A stretch of 54,867 nt of DNA, filler included, from Sphacelaria rigidula (taxonomy: Eukaryota), in assembly GCA_964200075.2 (NCBI GenBank). It is 4 parts of 4 records of this genome, joined end to end, with 100 filler letters (N's around TTAATTAATTAA, not from the genome) between each part and the next. Parts side by side here need not be neighbours in the genome. Positions count along the whole stretch, not along the records: positions 41,228 to 54,867 come from CAXNAA020002751.1; 3 more parts are not named here. One strand, given 5' to 3'. A model generated the notes under the pieces. It saw only the letters and a list, made by a program, of their open reading frames with translations, did no database searches and was not told the origin of the DNA. The position numbers and the translations under genes were made by a program. Below, piece after piece: positions 47,801 through 54,867 of the stretch (position 1 is the first letter of the stretch; every line of letters starts with the position of its first letter).

Positions 47801-50800
47801 AGTTGAATTTCGGAGACAGTACCTGTGGGAGAGTTAGGCCTGAAATTGTGTTGGAAATTTTCCTCGTATCTCCTCTTTCACAAGCATCGAAACACACAAC
47901 TAGACCGGTTCCAGGAACATTGCATGTCTAGCTTCAGCTAGCCTCACTATCAAGTGCATAATCTGCGTGTATTGCTCGGCGATTTGTCGAAACACACAAC
48001 CAGACCAGTGCCGAGAACGTTGAATTTCTAGCTTCAATTACCCTCATGATGAAGTGTGTGCCTAATTCCTTGTACTTCATGGCAAAATCAGGGTCATACA
48101 TTTTGAAAACCGATCTTGCCCGTGGAGGCTGACGAGACTGTTTGATAAGCTAAGACAGGGCTACCTGGAGTAGCTCCGTAAACCGGCATGACTTCAAAGG
48201 TGTTGGGGATTGGAGGAATGGAGGATTGTAGTAATTGAAGCGGGGTGCGCTTCGTTGTCGGTCTCGCCGTTCATGTCCAGAATCAAATGGGGGATCAAAC
48301 CATCTCATGTGCACAAGAGTGGGGCCCGCGAACCCCTCCGCTTTCGCTTGTGTGTATCAAACATATCGCAGCCCCGTAGCGACCGCGCAGAATACGGCCG
48401 GGACGCGGTAGAGCCAAGGGAGGGAGGGGGGAGGAGAGCGGTGCATGGTGCAGCAGAAAGAATATCCAACATTTCCCCGCCAACGCAACGATCGAACTCC
48501 TGGCACCCCAGGTCGGCAGCGGTTTCATGGTCGTTCCCACTGCCCAGACCCGACGCGCCAACGAGTTTATGACAGCTACAACAGAAAGATAGGACGAGCC
48601 GCTCAATCCCCGGAATGTAGGTGTTCATGGACAGGTCCGAAATGTTGTTTTTTTCCGGTCGATGTTTTGCATCGTGTGAGACATGCCATATGCAGCAGAG
48701 CGGTGAAGGGGTGAACCAATCTGTGTATAATAAATAGCAGAAGTGCCGCCACATCGGATAATAGCAAATGACAAAAAAAACTTGAAGGCCGCTCTCGTCG
48801 GCGAGGCAGTGAGCGCGGGGTGCCAATGGGAATGTGAGGAACAGCGACAGCGACAGAACAACGATTTTGTTTTTACACTTTCTGAGATCACCTAAAAAAA
48901 ATGGGATTTCTGTGCACCTCGCAGGGGCACAGGCAAAGGCTCACCACACAACCCAACACAATTATAGCTGAACCTGAGGAACATGGTGGCCCCGCGAACC
49001 AAAAAAGACTGCTCAAGCCGTAGCTTCTCATCAGCTGTGCACGTTGTGCGTGACCGCGCTGAAATCTGTTTAGAATTAATTGAAACATGATGATTTGTGT
49101 GAGACTCGCGCGCAGCACACGCTTACAAAACGGTCAGCAACGACACGTTTTCGGTTGTTTTTGACACGCAAGCGGCCGCCATTCGTCCAATACAGAACGG
49201 ATTTCCGTCAAACAAAGACTGCCGTGTGTAGCTTAGCAAGGGCTAGCAGTGAAACTAATGCGAGTGAGTGGTGGGTGTCTATGCGTGTTTTTTCAGGGCT
49301 GGGTGTGTAGGTGTTGTGTTGCCTTGTTGCGTCTTGTCTGCAGCATTACACAGACCTTGGACTAACGACCACTTCCAGATTCGGAGCATTTCTGAACCTG
49401 CGTGCAGATCTGGGGTCTGGGTTCCAATCTGTACAAAACTGCTTCTCGAGACGACTCAGGACTGGTCGTTATGGGGTCAATCCTCTGTCAAAAGGGGATC
49501 GTGAAAAAGGGGAAAATCCCCTTCGATAAAAAAGACCCTCAAGGGGAGGGTATCGATCGTTTCCCCGTGACCCAAGGAATGCTCACACCAATAATCACCG
49601 TAAGGGGATTATACTATGAAGGTGCTACGTATACTCTAGTATCGACATATCTCGCACGTCATGGAATTTACTCGACATGGCCTTTAATGAACGAGTGGGC
49701 ATCTGCCCCTTGATGAGATGAAACACATGTGCGGATCAATGCCAAATTCGTCTGCATGAAAGAGATATGGTGTGAAAGTTCAAATCCTTTTCTAGGCTCG
49801 CCCGGCTCGTGGTCATGGTACAGCAAGTATATATGGTCATATATATACATATATATATATATGAGTCACACGAGTCGCTGTGCCCCGGTCGTATATTCGG
49901 TACATGTGAAGTCAGAGAGGAGGAGACTTGATTAAATAAGTTAGCATGCTTCATCGATCACCTTCCCATGTCCGCTTTGACAAGACCTCCGCCACAGGGC
50001 AAGTTAAATAAATTTAAGCCCTTGAGCGCAAGGCCGCAGAAACGCCTCTGTATAATAAGGTCGGAAACATTTTCGACACAGTGCGCCGTCCCATAGTTCT
50101 GGGCAAGAACGCGCTTTTATATAACAGAGCATAGATGGGCGTATCCCTACAAATTGATACTACCCCTTCCACTGTTGAATATTCGTTTGTCGAGGCTGTA
50201 ATTGTGGAAACACGGCAGGTCGTGTCCATGAACCCTTGAACAGTTGCGTTGTGTAGAATGTCTGTGCCCCTGTCAGTGTGGCGCTGCCACGCTTCTGGCA
50301 GCCAAGTGGAGTGTGCGTAGGGCTCTGGTGCCGCGGAAACTCTCGATCACAAGCATGCAGCCACAAATCGCGTCCCTAAACGTCACATACACCCACTTCA
50401 AGCACATACCAGATGGACGGACGGCCGGACTGACGTAAATCAGACCTGCGTGACAGTCACTGTGTCCATTTTCATCTTGCTGCAGTGAAATGTCTAACTG
50501 TGTCCACACTAAAACAAAATGAACAAATGTTCGTGGGTATCTTGATTTCAATATGGTTCTGCATATGGTCCACTCCCCCCAGGAGGTTCGCCCCCCAGCC
50601 AAAACTCGCGGAACCATCGACTGGCGATAGTAGAAAGCTCGAGCCCAAGCCGTCAACTAGGCTGACGGCTGTGTACTTGACAACTACAGTATGTTTCACG
50701 TACCTTGCATGGAAGTCAACCAGTACGGGAAGTTCACTTTTCAATACGACGTCCTCAAATGATGCATCCGCCTCCAGCTGGAATGGTTTGGTCACCATGT

Positions 50801-50837
50801 TCAGTGCCGTTGATGCCCGCCGCCACGATGCCAGCGA
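44840..50837 (-). CDS. Thioredoxin (WCAPC), probably plastid-targeted; exons 50704-50837, 46002-46074, 45344-45436, 44840-44935
   Basis: Spliced product: ..ASTALNMVTKPFQLEADASFEDVVLKSELPVLVDFHAS WCAPCKLLAPVMDSLADAYDGTLK VVKIDCDTHKDLMNNYKARGLPMMAVFNEGQ LLKRKEGLLEFDEVGEMLAKLVPGFKTVPEP*. All phases are consistent. The 5'-most exon was not located. Confidence 0.92.
46314..46492. repeat. Exact tandem duplication, 2 x 89 bp (intronic)
   Basis: TCAGAGCCGTACGG...CAAGTCTTGA occurs twice. Confidence 0.92.
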
Positions 50838-52559
50838 CTGCAGCATGTTCGACACATATGACGTAAGTGGTGGTTCAGATAACACATGTTGTAATTTCGA
50901 CACAAACGAGACACACCGACACACAAAGTAAAATCGTAGGATACGGAGAATACCCCGAACACATTCCTACGGCCATGTAGTTTTGCTTTCGTCAGAACGG
51001 GGTGTTATTTACTATTTGTTCACTAGCGCGTAGCATACGCCGTAATCCCGCTCAAAACGTACCAACTGGGTGCCCGTGATTCCCGCTCTATGAATCTCCT
51101 CGTCTAAGGGGACTCTCAAACCTGCTCTATCTTGCAGACTCCAGCCAGGGTATGACCCCAGGTCCGAGATTCATCAGCAAAGAGAGTAGCACACATCGGG
51201 TAGTAAACACTGCAGAGATGCGCAGACAGGTAACCCAGAAAAACAAGTGTCGAACAAGTTTCACGTACAAGCTGGCGCATGTACAGATATCCGCCGGAGT
51301 CCACAGCGACAAAAAACCCTACTGAAGACGGGGTGACGATACGCGGGGGTGACATGTAGCACATTGAGCGGCTTGGACGGAAATTAAACACTGTAGGCAG
51401 CCTGCAGGCAGCTATAACACGGCGAGTGTGAAAGCATGCTGTGGTTTGGGCTGACATCAAGTAGCCTAGACAGGTAGTAGTCAAGGGGAGGGGGGTGACG
51501 AATGAGGCGGTGGCGCGCTCAGTCAAATACCTCGGGGTAGGACAACCGTATGGAAAGATGGAAAGAGGATCGGCAAACTCACTTGGTGACCTGTACCAGC
51601 AACTCTTAGAAAAATACGATGAATGGTGTTCAATGTAAGTTCGCAAGTGCTTAGCTTTCTTTATTTGATGCATCAATCAGTTGAGGTTTTTGCAGGCAAA
51701 CGATAGGGTCAGGCATACCTGGACGCTTTGAAGGATTGAAATGTATAAAGATTTCAGCGACCTAGACGAGCGCGAGGCGCTATTCCCAACACCATTACAG
51801 CAGGCTTGACGCACTGCTAAGCCACACACACGAGCTCTGCAACACAGGTAGGTGGGGTGCTCTGACCACTCAAATAGCCAAGGATAGACTCAGCCAACGT
51901 CAACTAAGCGCTACTGGTTGGGGTTAGGGACGGGGTTAGTATCGCGGTTCGGTTTGGATCGCATAAATAACGCCGGTGGGATCTTCCGTCGTGCTAAACG
52001 CCGCACGGAAAAGTTTGCTACAAGGAGGGAAAAGCCGACGTTCATGTGAAGGATCAGGGGGAAATATGTGGATGACCGTGGCGTTATCGTCAGCGTCAGA
52101 TGCTTGCTTGCTTTGGTCGATCAGACGGCGAAATTTTGCGTCGAAACGGTTCGGTTCACGCTGTACCTATTTGCTAGCCAACGACCGGTATTCCCTGCCC
52201 TCATTTTGCGGATGCCACCTGTGTCGATTTATCGGGAATCATGTCAAGCAATTAATGTTCCAGGTCTCACTCGGGACCTGTGGTTTTTGCCTCACCATGG
52301 GTATCGGACGTCGCCCAGACCCAGCACAAATTACCCGTCCTATCGTAACGGTTGTGGTCGTGCCTTTCCTGTCAAATCTCAGCGGGATATGGTCGACTAT
52401 AGTACAGTACAGTAGCCAGTACAGCACTGTAATACGAACAAACCGTCAGAGCTTCGCCAGATGCCGTACTGGCCTCGATCCGTTACCGTGTCCGTTACCG
52501 GGGATATCATGTGCAACTTGCAACTATACCGATGATGTGAGACGCTTTTTCATGCGAAT

Positions 52560-52882
52560 TGTTATTATTGTTATTATTGATGTTGTTGTTGTTGTTGTTA
52601 TTATATGATTATTATTAATATGATTCTTATGTTGTCACATTAGCCCGATCTCTCGAACCCGTGGTCACAGAGTGCAAGGAACATACCACGCATACCCATA
52701 AATCAAGCAGCCCGCAGAGGAAGTCAAGAAACAAAACGTCTACACAAAAAAGGGCACCTACACTACGATAGATCCGTATAAGACCGATTGAACTACAGGA
52801 GACCCACTGGAATCTGGAAGTCCCCGCGTGCGATCTCTCCGATTACCTTGCCACGTACTGGTGTATACACAGAGTAGTAACA
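52560..52882 (-). mobile_element. Non-LTR retroposon 3' fragment with (AAC/AAT)n tail
   Basis: On the - strand: CTGTGACCACGGGTTCGAGAGATCGGGCTAATGTGACAAC plus a microsatellite. Parts recur at 14430-14486, 16805-16860 and 41228-41282. Confidence 0.65.
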
Positions 52883-54556
52883 AAGACTCTTCTCAGCTCT
52901 TCAGGTTGCAGCGCTGATGTACAACAGAATAGTACAACAGAGCTGACATGAACCGTTACGGCTATGAGGAATACACACTGCATATCGGGAGACATGTCTG
53001 TTTCGCGAAGCGAAGGAGCCCAGTCAGCAGCAAGAATCGTCTCAGATGGGGATGGGGTGTTGGCTCCTTCGGTACTTGGTACTGTAGAGTGATGCCGTAT
53101 CATCATCAATAGTGATGGATCTTGCTTGTTCTTCTTCGATTGAATCATTGCTAACGCTCATGTTGTGTCAAGACTGCTGTAGGTTGCTTTGTTCGTGCGC
53201 CGAATAATCAATGCCACCAAGTTCTTCGGAAAAAGCAGTTGGTTTGGGGTGTTGATACGCACTATGGCATGAGGACGGGACGGGACGGAACGAAATATCA
53301 CGGACGAGGCTCGTTTCGAAATTCTTGAAGTGCCCATCCTGTGCCATCATCTTTTTAGGCAATGGGAAAAGTACTACACCGATTCAAAATTGTCTGTTAC
53401 AAATGGTTCTTGATCGGTGAACAGCAATAGTCGAGTGCTTGTTTCCGCACCAAGACTACCGAAAATCGCGAATACTTTGATACGTCACCTAAGTGAATAG
53501 AGCTCTGTGCTCTATGATTTATGTTGACTTTCAACGCTCACCATGTACACCCGTTACTTGGTGGGTTCTTTGAAAGCTTTCTTGTATGATACAATGATTG
53601 TCCTTCAGTTGGCATAAAAAATTGACGAGTGGCACATCTATGCGGTCGATAACAGAGGAAACTAGATCGATACATGTGAATTTCTTCCACAGGTCGGACG
53701 AGTCATTACTCGTTTAGACGAGTGCACTCGTGGGTGTTTTCCAAAACACAACGAGCATGACTCGTGTGCTCGAGTCATTACTTTTTTTACAACGAGCAAT
53801 GACTCGAGCGCTTGTGCTTGTGTCTTTTCTGGACAACCCAAGGACCCATCATCAATCACTGAAGTGATGGACGAGTGAGGCGCGAGACATGACGGAAGCC
53901 TGGTGAACCAACGGTAGGATTTGGTAATATTGTGACCACTACAAATCGTACCAACCTCTTTGGATGGTACGTTTTTGGCACTCTTCCCACCATCGTGTGT
54001 TTGCGGCAGGTGTCCATTTGTGTTATTTCAAGTCAAATGATCAATGAGGCCCCTGCAGCATCATTCTTACGGGGAAATAACACAAATAGACACCTACCGC
54101 AAACACACGATCGTGGGGAAATGAGTCTCAAGCGGAATAGGTACCCCTCTTCAAATCGATCATTGCTCTGCAAGAAAAACGAGGGCGCAGAGACCTGTCT
54201 GGACGAGACAACCGTGGCTTCATCCACCACAACACCATTCAGTAAAATAACCACCAACCGACATATGTAAAGGTGACTATATCTTAGCTTCTTCTACCCC
54301 CGCCCCGGCCCCTGGGGTGTCCGCCCCTAACGGAACTACATATCTCGAATTTTAGCTCCCGCGCCGATGGATACATCCAAGTCGTCAAGTTCCGCCAGTC
54401 GCGCAGGCAGGTACTTGAACACCTGTGTTCGCGGTTGACGCTTGTACGTGTGCAGATAAGCATATGAACTTGAATATTCTTGGTTCAAGATCGTCAAAGA
54501 GCTCATCATGATTATTTGCTCGTGGGATTGCTGACTCCTCCACTGAAGTCGTTCAT

Positions 54557-54867
54557 CACGAGCAATAACTCGAGTGCTCGCCCAATTAACTTTTTCTATA
54601 ACGAGCAATGACTCGAGTGCTCGCCCTAATAATTTTTTCCAGAACGAGCAATGACTCGAGTGCTCGCCCTGTAATTTTTTCCCCCAACGAGTAATGCCTC
54701 GAGTGCTCGCCCTCTTATTTTTTTCCCAACGAGCAATGACTCGAGTGCTCGCCCAATTTATTTTTCCCACAACGAGCGATGACTCGAGTGCTCGTACTAT
54801 TAATTTTTTCCACAACGAGCAATGACTCGGGTGCTCGCGCTAGTCATTTTGACGGACAACGAGCAGC
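54557..54867. repeat. 43-bp minisatellite with palindromic core, 7 units plus the start of an eighth, running off the window
   Basis: AACGAGCAATGACTCGAGTGCTCGCCC plus a T-rich linker, starting at ~54557, 54600, 54643, 54686, 54728, 54771, 54814 and 54858. Related units at 53697-53815. Confidence 0.9.

Noticed and set aside
54336-54815. 159-aa ORF with repeats
   Set aside because: The N-terminal half is read-through of the minisatellite, and the remainder is unrecognised.
54557-54867. CRISPR array
   Set aside because: Linkers are only ~16 nt and resemble each other (all T-tracts), the context is eukaryotic and no cas genes are visible.

Overview
Eukaryotic, intron-rich and transposon-dense scaffold of about 50% GC. 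It is most likely a stramenopile such as a brown alga; this is inferred from gene structure and TE style, not from a search. Three assembly gaps carry an artificial TTAATTAATTAA spacer. The window holds four pieces of decayed Ty3/gypsy elements with chromodomain-type integrase ends: 1-559 and 8650-13644 (same family), 899-3976 and 30330-34711. It also has a truncated Ty1/copia element, many MITEs (piggyBac-, Harbinger- and Ginger-like ends), tRNA-derived SINEs, LINE-type tails and a 43-bp palindromic minisatellite. Host genes appear only as scattered exons: a 4-exon WCAPC thioredoxin, a CEP164-like pre-WW segment, a transportin-3/importin-13-like N-terminus and a PRP39-like first exon. Two observations stand out. 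(1) All three gypsy 5' LTRs are followed by a perfect AT-rich palindrome (AATATC[TA]GATATT) instead of a tRNA primer-binding site. (2) The first 13.6 kb looks circularly permuted: the two halves of one gypsy insertion face outward and share a TSD.
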